A stretch of DNA of 64,000 nucleotides from Asterias rubens (lineage: Eukaryota), in contig NC_047079.1 of NCBI RefSeq assembly GCF_902459465.1, forward strand, positions 5,456,001 through 5,520,000, given 5' to 3'. The notes beneath the pieces are model-generated. The model had not been told where the DNA came from, searched no databases, and saw nothing but the letters and a program-made list of their open reading frames with translations. Both the position numbers and the translations under genes were made by a program. Positions within the stretch are counted from its first letter, which is position 1. Each line of letters starts with the position of its first letter. Below, piece by piece: positions 50,401-62,459 of the stretch.

Positions 50401-53400
50401 GCTAATCTTCAAAACTTAATCTTGAAAATCTTAATCTTTAAATCATAATCTTAATCTTAATCTTAATCTTAATTGTAATCAAAATCTTAATCCTAATCAA
50501 AATCTTAGTCTTAGCCTTAATCAAAATCTAAATCAAAATCTTAATGCTAATCTTCAAAATCTTACCTGGATAGAAACGAAGAAGTCCTAGAGTCGATCCG
50601 ACTCTCAGCTCCTTGAGCGTCATCCTTGACGAGATGTTTGTACTTTGGGTTTGCCGCTAGCCAATCCAACAGCGTCTCAAGCGCTTGGTTCTGAAGCGAC
50701 TCATTTGTGTAACTCACAGCAAGACTCATGAGCGCTGTGAGGTTATCAGACTTCAATTCAAGACACCTAGAAGAAACAGAGATCATTAATAATGATCCTC
50801 TGTAAGCTAAAGTAGTAGTCCCAGCCGATTTTCTACCTTCCGCCCAGGTAGAAGTTAAAAAGCAGGACAGAACTGCTAGGATACAAGTGCAAAACAAGGA
50901 TACAAGTGCAAAATATTTTGAAGAATTTGTTTTTATCGCAGCCAATTTTGTTTTCTCTCTATGAAATTAAACTGCCCACAAATAGAACAAAGCGAGATTG
51001 AAACATCTTGCAGAATAATGGAGGGTCAATCAACAATATTACTTACTTTCTGAGAGCTGCTATCGCTGCTTGTTCTTGTTCGTTTTCAGCTTGAGTTGTT
51101 CCGAGGTACTGCCAAGCCTGCAAAGAAAAGAACAAGAATTAGTCTTAGGAACGACTTGTAGATTCGCAAGGTGAAAGTGAAATGAGCAGGGAGTGTGCAG
51201 TATGAAAACAAGTTCCTTCGTCAGTTTAGTGGCTCTGAAAAGAAGGGGTGGTTCATTCACTGCAGTAAACTATAAGTGCTTTTAATAATAATACACAACA
51301 TTTTGGGTGGTTTGTTCACCAAACTATTAATGTTTTTAAAAAATAAAAATGTTTACACGCTTAATAGTGTTGTTTCTAACACACATTAAGTATTTTCCTG
51401 CAAGGTATGTGGGACTACGTTTGAATTAAGAGATCTACTCCATTTACCATGTAATGGTGTACAAGGCATTACACAACACACAGGGACCATTGGCTTTAGA
51501 TCCCATCTGAAGGATGAAACATCATGGTTAAGTGTCTTGCCTAAGGACACAGGTGTCAAGACTGGGGATTCGAACTCACACTCTGAGATGCTCTTCAACG
51601 CTCAACCACGACCACCAAGCATAAGATCAGTCAACTAACTATCGAACCGTTTTTTTTTAAACAGGTGTCACGACTTGGATTTGAATCCACACTCTGCTAT
51701 TCATAAACACCAGAGCTTAAGTCCGATGTTCTGAAACGCCCAGCCACGGCAAGCCACACCTAGGATCAGTCAAGTAAACTAACTATCAAACTGTTTTAAA
51801 TGTAGGAGATTTTGACATTCTCAGTCAACTACATGTAACTATCAAACCGTTTAAAATGTAGAAGATTCTGACATTCTTTGTTGGCTAACTATCGAACCGT
51901 TTAAAATGTAGAAGATTCTGACATTCTCAGTCAACTAACTATCAAACCGTTTAAAATGTAGAAGATTCTGACATTCTTAGTCAACTAACTATCAAACCGT
52001 TTAAAGTGTAGAAGATTTGGACATTCTCAGTCAACTAACTATCAAACCGTTTAAAATGTAGGAGATTCTGACATTCTCAGTCAACTAACTATCAAACCGT
52101 TTAAAATGTAGAAGATTCTGACTTTCTCTCACCTCCATATGTTCTGGGTTCTTCTTCACCTCAGCTTCAAACAGCAATATTGCATTTGCTAAATCCCCAT
52201 CCTTAAGCCGATTAAGGCCTTCCTCAAATGGATTAGGATGATCTGCAAGAGGATTTTCTTCTTCAAATTCATAAACCTGCCAATGAAAGAAAAGACATAA
52301 AGAAAATTCAATTCATCGACTGTAACAAAATAGTCAAAAGGGAAAAATTAAACACTTTCAATCTCTGGCTGTGCTCCATGGTAATAATGGGTTGATGTGG
52401 CTGGCTGGCCTTGCATGCCTGCTTCTCGAACACATTGTAGACACGTCCTTCACAATTCAGCTCTTAGCTGCGATGATTAGCCTCCCAAATTATTATTATT
52501 ATTATTATGGTAAATTATTTTGGATTTTCTCTTCTTTGATGTGAAATTTGCATCAAGGATAAAGAATATTATTTGGTTCTACCAATACATAGATGTGTGT
52601 AAAACATTGTACACTCAATATTTTCCCTGTGAAACTATTCCCCAGAAGTGTTACTTAGGACAGCCCACTCACTGAGGTCAGTGAAGACCTATTTGGGCTA
52701 AGAGTTTTGTGTGGCGCGCCTGTTTCCATTGTTTTTACCTCACCGATGGCACCCAACACAAGGTGTCTTTTCTTAAACACATAAGACAAAAAATTATAAA
52801 ATTCTTGCAATTTCAAATGAACCTCTTACCGGGTCTTTGACCTGGCCCCCGTTGAACTCCGTTAGCCAAGGGTGGTCCTCCGTTGGACCCATGTCCTCCC
52901 ACTCCTTCTGTAATTTATTCCAGAAGTCTGCATCCGACGGCATCGTGTTCTCGGACGTGAACTCTTTGGCCCAGTTATCGGTCAGAAGTTCCTGAAAGCA
53001 AAAAAAAAGAGATGACGGACATCAAATGTTGGCTCGGATCAAAGCTAAAAGTCTCGACGCAACCTTCTTTTGAAGTTTTGCAAACACTGAACTGAACCCT
53101 AGTGTCTTGAAGACTTGAAGGTTTGCATAGTGGAAGGATAATAGAAACCAGAAAATTTGCAGTGACACCATGTAGATAAACCTGTTTTGAGTGATGGTGG
53201 TTCTGATAAGACTGGGAGGGTTTAACGTTTCGGACTGTATACTCCAGTAAACTCCTGGGCCAAATTTCATAGAGCCGCTTAAGCACAAAAAGTAGCTTTG
53301 CACATCCAAGTTATGCCTACCAAAATAAGGTTACCAGCCAAAATACCATGTTACCAGCCAAAATACCATGTCACATGAATAATTTGTGGCTGGTATCCAG

Positions 53401-56400
53401 CTCATTTTTGCTAAGCAGTAATATGTTAAGCAATATTTTCTACTAAAGCAGCTCTATGAAATTGGGCCCTGATGACAGACAGAGTATATAGTGACAACAT
53501 TAGTGAAAAACAAGCTCTAAGGCGCTTTACAAAAAATTAAGTACCGTTAACAAAACTACATGGAAAATATCAAAAATAAAACTGGAAAAGTTCTATGATA
53601 AGCATCACATAATAACAAGCCAGAGGGCAAGCAAAAATGATGTCTTTATCCCTTAGGATAAAAAAAAAAAAAAAATGAAGTCGAGAATGAGTTGAAAATT
53701 AAGAAGCAAGGACCAAGCAGATACACATAGCAACAAGACAGCACTGTATGGGTTTGCAACTACCTGCTCTTTAAGGAAATCTGACGTCCATTCTTGGGCC
53801 AGCGGGTCAAACGGAGCGCCCTCTTTTGTCTTCACCTCATTACCATCAATTGTCACCTCCCCCTCCCCAAGTTTCTTCACAAATTTCACAAACTGCGGGT
53901 GAAAAAAGGAGCCAAGGGTTTATGATCGTCTTCAACAGTATTGTGTTTTTTAACAAGCGCTGCATTGACTTGGACTCAAGTCCCAATGGACCCCTTGCAT
54001 TATGAAGTCACATGCCCCAAACAGCGCCCCCATTGATATCAATGAAGGCCTATCATTAGCCTGAACGGCCAAAAACCGGCGTGTAGTTTGACCTCTGACC
54101 TCTGTCGTTTCACATAATAGATACGCAGTCAAATTCCATTGCGGACTTGAGAGCAGTGATTATTTCACTGCACGTAGCATTGTATCCAATGGGAATCACT
54201 GAATCTAGCGGCAGCGACCTGTCTTTATCCTTGCAGATAAAGACAGGGGCCCAGTCTAACCTATCATTGGCTAAGAGATTTGCCCAGACAGTCAATGCAA
54301 GGGGGCTTTGAACTCGATTGTCAATCAAGTCACTTTTGTTATGTCTCGGACTCGAGTCATGATGACTCAGACTTGGACACCCAGATATGTTATTGTAAAG
54401 CGTGCAATTAAAAAATTAAATAAAAAAAAGACGGAAGAAAGAACGGCGAATTCAATGGCATGAATGTTAATTGGCTTAATGGGTAGGATGGTTTGCTACA
54501 CGAAAACGCAAAGGGTCATTTCAAAACCACCTTTCCAGACCATTCATTCATAACCGTTCTACTATTTATAACAATACAGGCCAGGAGTTACACAGCAGCC
54601 ACGGAGGACATGCCCTCTGTTGCCCTGGTCTAGCCTTGGTGCCCTTCTAGTGTTTTCAACTCTTTTTAATGACTTTCCAAAGGAAGGAAGTGGCCTTTGC
54701 AAAATGAAAATAGCCTTGCCCTCTCTACGATGAAATTCCAGGCTTGCCTTGGAGGCGTGTTGGTTTCACTCAGATTGACCTGATTAAAAGCTTTGGTCTG
54801 CAATGACGGTACTGGTAGTGGTTTTGAAAATACCCGTCGGAAGAAGCTCGGATGAATGTAAAGAAGAGTTGACTTTTAATATCTTATCATGAACATTGCC
54901 TCACCTCTGTGTTTGCGAACTTTGGATCGTCAAAGGTACCCAAGAGTTGACTGGCTGTCTTGGCAAGATCAGAGCCAGCATCTTGCTGGAACTCAGCGGC
55001 CCTACAAAAAAATAAATAAATAAACAATTGCTCCCAATGAAATAATAACAAGTACACATTACTTTTTGGAACAGCGAAACGACCCTCAAAATCTACGGGA
55101 AGCACTCCTGAATCACAAGGAAAATTAATAACTAGAGAGGCCAGAGATGTGGAACATCAAATTGCTAATACTTATGCAACGCTAGATAAATGTTTTCCAA
55201 AGTTGAGCATTTCAAGTTTTTTTTTTTTTTTTTTACAATCTTACCATTTCTCATCCTCTGGTTTTGTGAACTCTTCCGTCCTAAATAGAACAAAAATAAA
55301 AGAAAATAGTTAAATTGGATTGTTCAATTGATACTTTTCGGGATAGACAAACAAAAATATTGCAGCTAAAAAAAAATTGCAGCCATTCCTTTCTTTGAAA
55401 TGTTGTTGTGTTCTTTTATTTTTCTATTATTTGTCATTTATTATTCGTTTAACTTTGTTTCTTTTTTGGTCATTTTTCAAGGCACTGCACGAAGACGCTT
55501 TGTTTATTGAGATACTGCCTCCATACCTATTGCTTGTATTATGTAATATATAATTTTCAGATTGGAAACAAATCAATTGATTGATTGATTTATTAATGAA
55601 CTGCATCAAAACTCTGTCAAGATAACTCATTTTGGATATCATTTACAGTTTGTAATTTTAATCAATAATCACGTTTTCGTTCTTCTTACCACAATTTATC
55701 TTCAGATTGCTCGAGATACTCCTCAGCCCACTTGGCCTCAGAGGAAGACGGAATAACATCGGCACCAACTAGAAGACAACAAAATAATGTCAATCGTGCC
55801 CCAGACAATGTTACAATCTTTGTGGGTTTATATTATTAAGATGTGTTATACAACAACATTTATTTCACACTAACTCAGGGTAATGATACATGTCGATGAT
55901 TACATGTAACTAGTTGAACAATAAATTGGAATTATACAAACTTAGTAACAGAGCAGATGAAAATGAAGCCAGCATGGTAGGAAAAAAGTGAAGCAGATAA
56001 GAACTGCTTTTGTACTTTCCCTTTAGAACAGACAACCACGGGAAAAAAATAATAACAAAATACAATGAATTGGTGACATTTGCGTGTTTCTAAAAGTTAC
56101 CTGTACCAGGTTGACCCCCCAGGAAGTCTCTCGTCCAATCAGCGTCTCTATCATCGACGATCTCCTCCGCCCTTCGCTGCTCGGACACTAAGAATTCGTT
56201 GGCCCATTCAGCATGGGATGCTAGATCAGCAACGGCTGGAGCTTTTAGGAAAACAAGATCATTTCCTGTAACCCTTTCGTGCACCATATATTTTAGTGAT
56301 AAATTGATTATATCGAGACATCAATTGTTTATTCAGATTTGTTTTACTTTTTTTTTATTTTATTTTTAGTTGATGAAGTGTATGGGCAATTCTTAAAAGT

Positions 56401-57990
56401 GGGGTGGTCAGTGCCAAAGAAACAAAAACTGCTTTATAAGGAATCCTCAATTAAAAAAAATTTCTAATAATGATAAGTTAAAAACTCAATGAAATAATAG
56501 GTTGCGTAGTGGCTATCTTCACTCGCCTTCCACCTCTACTCTTTGACTTTGGTTAAAATCCCACCGGGGGCACTATGTGGATTGGGTTTTCAGTCCCTAC
56601 CTGATGGTATGGGTTTCACCTGGAATCATTCTCTAAGGGTTTTTTCCTCCTACATCTTAAACTGAAACTTTCTTCATTGTCTTCTCTCCATTGGGTTTGT
56701 AGCTAGTGCAGTGATTAAGTTTGCTTTTCTGAGAGTCCTTGGCTTCGCAACCATATATTCTTAATATTTTTACTATTTATTGCTAATTACTGATTGTGCG
56801 TTGCATCTTGTGCTATTTTTGTATCTGCCTGTTTTTATATTTGGGGTGTTTTTTTAAACTTGTGTAAGCAATGCAATTTATTCTTATGTCTTATGTCTTA
56901 TGTTTGGCCTGTGGCCCACAAAATGTGATGCTAATAATATAAAATGAAATGAAAGAATTGAAAATAAATTAAATGAAAAAAGAAAAGGAAATCTTGAGCA
57001 TCATCTTGTCCATACCAACCTTGAATCGGTGGATGTCCGAGCTTGGATTCTTCAATAGCTCTCATTTCTTGCAAGAGAGCATCCATGTGAAACGTTTGCG
57101 GAGGTCCCACATGACGCTGTTGATCCACTAGGAACTCATTCACGAGCTGATCAAAAGAAACAATCAATAATAATAATACCTAGTTTGTATACAGCGCATT
57201 TTACAATAATGGGTCATTCAGGATCAATGCGCTTCATATTAGTGCCCTGGAGCCGATTTCACTAAGGGCTAAGGTTGATCTTAACTGCAAATCAACATAG
57301 TTGCTAAGTAAAGTGTGATGTCACAACACAAATCAATATACTGAAAATTTGTCTTGCGATGATCCAAGGACTTGGACTTCTTTCTAGATGATTTTAGGGG
57401 GGATAAAATAAGGCGCAGTATTTCTGTAAAAGATGAAAATAGTGTGTTCAAGTATGGGAATACTGTGCAGGAATGGTATATCAGTTCTGACCAGTGGTTA
57501 GGTCTAGGCGACTACCGAAAATTACTACTCGACTATACGACACTAGTCGCTCCTAATTTTTACTTCTCAAGATGCAATGTGGCATGTGTGCCACAAGCGC
57601 AATATGTCTGATTCTGTTTTGTAAGTAAATTATGTTGTCATGAATAGTTTTTAAGTAGTCCCGACTATAGTCCTGGCGGCATGATTAATTGAGTAGTCGA
57701 AAAATGCTAGCCTCAACTCAACTAAGCAACCAATAGACATTAGTCGCATTAGTCGCCCAGGCCTACCAGTGGTCCCATTCTGCGAGCCCCACTCCTCCTC
57801 CTTAATTCCTTACATCAGGTTGAGGTGTTTCAAGAAAGCCTCTTGTTGCTACGGCATGATCAAAGGGTCGACTTCCTGCCCCTCGCAGTCCCTCTTGTCT
57901 CAAGGACTTATCCTGGGCGTAATGTTGGGTCAGCCTCATCAAGGGGTTGGCTGTCCCACACTCCCCATCGACCAAATCTCGCATCGCCAT
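44417..57990 (-). CDS. PEX5: Peroxisomal targeting signal 1 receptor PEX5 (long, PEX7-binding type), 14 exons, ~632 aa
   Basis: Exons (- strand): 57814-57990, 57020-57146, 56101-56241, 55690-55768, 55245-55280, 54905-55001, 53764-53892, 52830-52991, 52133-52276, 51047-51117, 50566-50766, 48176-48341, 45176-45333, 44417-44627 (1899 nt, phases consistent). N-terminus [18 protein letters not shown] has the conserved Cys11. Eight WxxxF/Y motifs; TPR repeats [40 protein letters not shown]. Confidence 0.97.
47047..47235. mobile_element. Small inverted-repeat element with an internal 45-bp direct repeat
   Basis: Arms AATATTGACTGCTT...GGTTAAAACTATGACTCCC / GGGAGTCATAGTTTTAACC...GAAGCAGTCAATATT. The internal CGCCTCGGGAAAATAGAACGCTCCGGGGATCACCTCGGGAGTC occurs twice. 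Confidence 0.65.
47509..47860. mobile_element. EnSpm/CACTA-like MITE built of CTATAGA repeats
   Basis: TIR CCCTTACAAAAAA / TTTTTTGTAAGGG with a 2-bp TSD TC on both sides. The left half is rich in (TT)CTATA and the right half in TATAGA. Confidence 0.7.
49347..49590. mobile_element. Harbinger-like MITE (GGGCCCAATTTCATAGAGCTGCT family)
   Basis: TIR pair; homologous to 11416-11664. Confidence 0.8.
51775..52125. repeat. Minisatellite, 50-bp unit TCAACTAACTATCAAACCGTTTAAAATGTAGAAGATTCTGACATTCTCAG
   Basis: About 7 copies, ending a few bases from the PEX5 exon 9 donor (52131-52132). Confidence 0.93.
53257..53469. mobile_element. Harbinger-like MITE
   Basis: GGGCCAAATTTCATAGAGCCGCT ... AGCAGCTCTATGAAATTGGGCCC. 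Confidence 0.75.
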
Positions 57991-59897
57991 CTTGTATCGC
58001 TGGGTCGTGGTCTCAGATTCTGCTCACTTGGAATCCTGGTCTGGAATCTGGACTGGATTATGGTCTTGATGACTTTGAAACCATTTCTTTTGTAGTATTT
58101 GAAGATCCTGGAGAAAAATCTGAAAAAGAGACAAGTGGAAATCTTTTGAATCTTTCTGGGTCACGAAACCTGTGAAGAGAAGATGATTATTATAAGTTTT
58201 GATTTCGTTATAAATAAGAAAACCCCAATCGCTAAGTGGCATGTTGGCTAGTGGTGTGTTAAGCACTCGCCTCTCACCGCTCAGGCCCTGGTTCGATTCC
58301 CAGCTAAGTGACTCTAGTGTTGTGAACAGGTGTCAAATAGAGTTTTGAGTTGGTTCTCTCCTGCAACAAAAGGGTTTTTCTCCCTCTGAATAAATCAAAC
58401 ACCCTCTCTTGCTGTGCTCCCCACTAGAACTATGACGTTCGTTCCGCTATCGTCTCTGTTCATGGAGATGATATCGGAAGGAATGTCATAGTTCTAGCTA
58501 GGAGTAAGTCATTTGGGTTCATGTGCATGTGTCCGACTGCCTTCTGCGACTTGTATTTTTGTGACACCACTCTCTCTGTCTTCGCATGGTTCAGCAGCGA
58601 TAAAAAGTAAAGGCAGGATTAAATATTTTCTTTATTAAAAATATAAAAAATAGAGTAGGCCTATAAAAACAATTTTTTTATTTACAAACTGGATTCTTCA
58701 CTCTTTCCTGTTTCTCTGCGAAAGAACACAAGTATAACGATTATATTCCATTTCAACGATACCAACTCCTATTCTATCTATGGCATGGTGGATGAAGTAG
58801 AAAATGGATTATGCAAAAAAAGACAATGAATGATCATTCATGGTGTTGTTGTCTCACCTTTTTTTTACACCAGACCAGCAACAACCTAACTATCTAGTCT
58901 AGGTATCTAGACAACGAACTCCACTATTATTCCTCTCATTTGTACCTACCTAAATTGTGTATCACCTACATGTACTGTAACCCGTCATTTATCTGTTAGA
59001 TGTTGCATTCTAACCAATGGAATTCATGTTCATAAAAAATAAGATGTTTAGACGACAACACTTGTCACGAAGTAATGCAGCTGTCTCTCACACACTCAAC
59101 TCTAACTCTCTCGTCGTGTCCTCACGATCCTCTGGGTGGCCCTTTTTTAACTCACGCCCCCAACGGCCCTATATCATGTTTTATAACCCATATTTAATAC
59201 GCACAATAACATAGTCCTGAAGGGGATGGACATGTGTTATAAAATGTTTGAGCATTCGACGATCAAAGGTCATGCTACATTATAAAAGTTATGGATGGCC
59301 CAGCTATTCTGTTTGTCTTTTCTGTTTGTCTTTTGTCACAGCGCTCAATGCGACTAGTGGTTCAAAATGGGAACGGCCCCATCCGGTGTCATGACAAAAA
59401 CTGTACGAATCCAATCGTTTGATGCTTATATAGGTTTATAATGAAGTCAAGGGTCTTCACTGCGCTGGACCATGGAGTTCGGCTGGACAAAGAATTTCAG
59501 TCTATTTGAATTGTTTGTTTTAAAACAAAAAATCGTGATATAGATTGAATTGATGATTGATTGACTGTTTGGTTGATTGATTGGTTGATTGATTGATTGT
59601 CCCAACTAAAAAAGAAAATCTCTGCCTGTAACGCACGCACACATTTTTAGACCTCCACCCGCATCTGGAGGTAAAGCCCGCACACATGACACACACAACT
59701 TATGACGCAGTGATCAGTGACGGACAACAGTGCAGATTTGACGGCGGAAGGGAGAGCACAAAAGCCTGAAAGTGGTACGGATCATTAAACTCCGTAAATA
59801 TTTCTCTTTAAATTACTTTTTGCACGAAACTCATCAACCCTCAGACCAAAGACAATTATATGTCATATTTGACAGTAGCCATAACATCTAGCCAGGT

Positions 59898-60423
59898 CCG
59901 GTGTCGCATGCAATTATGTCCTGTATGCAATACTATCCGGAGGACAGTATTGCATATGCAATAATGTCCGCCGGACAGTTTTGCATATGCAATCGTGTCC
60001 GCCCGGATTTATTTTTTTGTTTAAAATCATTATTAATAATGCAATTTTGTCCGCTCGGACACATTTGCATATGCAGTTGTGTCCGCCCCTGTGCAAAACC
60101 GTCCTTGCAGTAAATTAAACGTCATTGCCCGACCTTTACGGAAAATGTTCGCCATTTTTTTTACTTAGCAAGCTATAAGTGCATGTCATGAATGACATGG
60201 GAAATGTTCGGCCGTTGGGTATTCGCTGCAATCATAAAATACGTGAATATTCATGCTGCATATATAGGTAGGTTCAGTGCATGCACGCTCGTGTACGTGC
60301 GCGCATACATCAGTCGTGTACTTCCAGCGGATGGATTTTGCTTAGCCCCGGACACGATTGCATATGCAAAAGTGTCTGGAGCGGACAGTATTGCATGGCG
60401 GACACGATTGCATCTGACACCGG
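59898..60423. mobile_element. MITE with CCGGTGTC termini and TTGCATATGCAA subterminal repeats
   Basis: CCGGTGTCGCATGCAATTATGTCC / GGACACGATTGCATCTGACACCGG, with mirrored arrays of GTCCGCC and TTGCATATGCA motifs. Superfamily not assigned. Confidence 0.7.
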
Positions 60424-61149
60424 CCAACTCAGCAATAAACGGTACAAGGCCTGGTTAAATTCACCCTTTATATGTACAAAGTAATGGCATATTATTGCAA
60501 AAAAAGACAACATATCAGCAATAAATACATACATTATGTTATGGTAAGTAAATAATATAATATTTTATGATAATGTTGCTTTTTCACTTTTTCGAAAAGT
60601 ACTTAGTGTGTCGTCTGCAACCTTCAAACTGTTTGGACGGTTCTCCTGCGGAGGAATACCAAGTTCCGTTTTGGTCGCTCATCCAGATTTACACATGTCA
60701 AATTGAAGGATAAAATTAACAAGATCTTGTGGTACCAGACTAAATTCCTTATCGCTCCATCAAACTTTCTAACGAGCATTTAGTGCTTTTGTGAATGGAA
60801 TTGTTTTAAGTAAAAAATTGTACTACCGCTGCAAAAACCTAACTTCACATTACATTTAGCTTAAATTCAGAAAAATTTGGTCGAAAATACAGAGGGAAAA
60901 CATTCGAGAAATTAAAGTGAGACATTTGCACCAACTACACGTTGGAAAAATAATTCGCCTTGACAAGCTTCCCTAGTTGCAGGGCCATTCCCGCAGTCGC
61001 CATCGTATAATGTATCTGTGTATAACTACCGGGCCGTTTCTTGGATTTTGATGACCTTTTTCCCACCAAAAAGCTGACATTTCATACTTGGATCGTAGAC
61101 GTTCTGCTCTGGAGTTGTGTCGAGGGACCGTTAGGGTAGAAGAGGCAAC

Positions 61150-61190
61150 ATGCCGAACAGAGCAGACGACATCATGAAGGGGTTCAAATT
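61150..61190 (+). CDS. PDE6D: Probable first coding exon of GMP-phosphodiesterase delta (prenyl-binding protein); rest of gene beyond the window
   Basis: ATG CCG AAC AGA GCA GAC GAC ATC ATG AAG GGG TTC AAA TT| gives MPNRADDIMKGFK(L). This matches the PDE6D N-terminus as I recall it (human ...RAREILRGFKL-NWMNLRD). It ends at a GTATCCTTT donor. I found no NWMN-encoding exon before 64000. Confidence 0.68.
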
Positions 61191-61200
61191 GTATCCTTTT
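61191..61200 (+). promoter_or_regulatory. U12-type (minor spliceosome) 5' splice site GTATCCTTTT
   Basis: Exact match to the U12 consensus RTATCCTTT, directly after the putative PDE6D exon in phase 2. Confidence 0.7.
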
Positions 61201-62091
61201 TTTTCTGCAAGATCATCCCGCGCTGTGCGCGTGTTTACAATACTGTAAATACATTGTAACTCATCATGTGTTAAAATTGAATTAAAAATGGGAGTGTATT
61301 TTAGGTCTTATATAACTGTATTAACTGTTAGTTAGGAGTTGGTGCATAGAGCAAGTCCTTGTTCTATGGTTAGTGTTTTGGGGTTGAGGCTGTAGATATC
61401 GTCCAATGTAAACATACATATATCGTCCAATGTAAAGCCTAGTTTTAAGTTTGAGCATCAGTGCGGTAATCTTCAAATTTTCTCAAGCAGCACTTAATTT
61501 AAAGGAAGAAGAAGCTATGATGATGCCTGGACCTGGGTCACGATGCCTGGTGCTGGTGTTATTATTTTAATAAAACAGATTCAGATTGTGCAGAAGAAAT
61601 CATGTCCATATCATGCAACCACTTTTTTTATTTTTTTTTATGAAATAGTATTTAATTTACGCAAATGAGATATTCCTTTTGGTAAAATGTAGTGAAAAAG
61701 TGACTGTCAGGATTATGACAATCTTTCCAATTGTGCCTGACTTGTATTGTAAAATAATGCTTAATCATAATCAATAAATCATAATCAATAAATCATACTC
61801 TTTTAGTGATTTCATTAAAACCCACTGACCCAGCTCGGGGGCAAAAAGTGTTTGCCTGTCATTCATAGTACTGATCATACATGGCAGTTGTTTAACAATA
61901 TTATTATTAATAACTGTGGCTCCTTTTATCCGTCACTAAAAAGTGACGCTCATGCACTTCAGCATTCTTCCTGCAAGCTATGCAGAGCTACTTTTTGAAG
62001 TATGAGACCTATTTCTGTAGAGCACAAGGTCTTGGTTTGACAAGGTGCTGCATGGTGCAATATGTAGCCAATCAAACCAGGAACACATTGT

Positions 62092-62459
62092 TTAAAGGCA
62101 GTGGACACTATTGGTAATTACTCAAAATAATTATAAGCATAAAACCTTTCTTGATTACGAGTAATGGGGAGAGGTTGATAGTATAAAACATTGTGAGAAA
62201 CAGCTCCCTCTGAAGTAATTTTCCACGAATTTGATTTCAAGACCTCAGATTTGGAACTTGAGGTCTCGAAATCAAGCATCTGAACGAAAGCACACAACTT
62301 CGTGTGCGTAGGGTGTTTTCTTCTTTCATTATTATATCGCAAGTTCGATGACCAATTGAGCTCAAATTTTCACAGGTTTGTTATTTTATGCATATGTTGA
62401 GATACAGCAAGTGAGAAGACTACTCTTTGACAATTACCAATAGTGTCCACTGCCTTTAA
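62092..62459 (+). mobile_element. Family A Kolobok-like MITE, full copy
   Basis: TTAA-AGGCAGTGGACACTATTGGTAATT ... AATTACCAATAGTGTCCACTGCCT-TTAA. Confidence 0.88.

Noticed and set aside
50875-50905. GTATCCT(T) U12-like motifs on the - strand in a PEX5 intron
   Set aside because: They sit mid-intron within a small direct repeat. The flanking exons already join in frame through canonical U2 sites.
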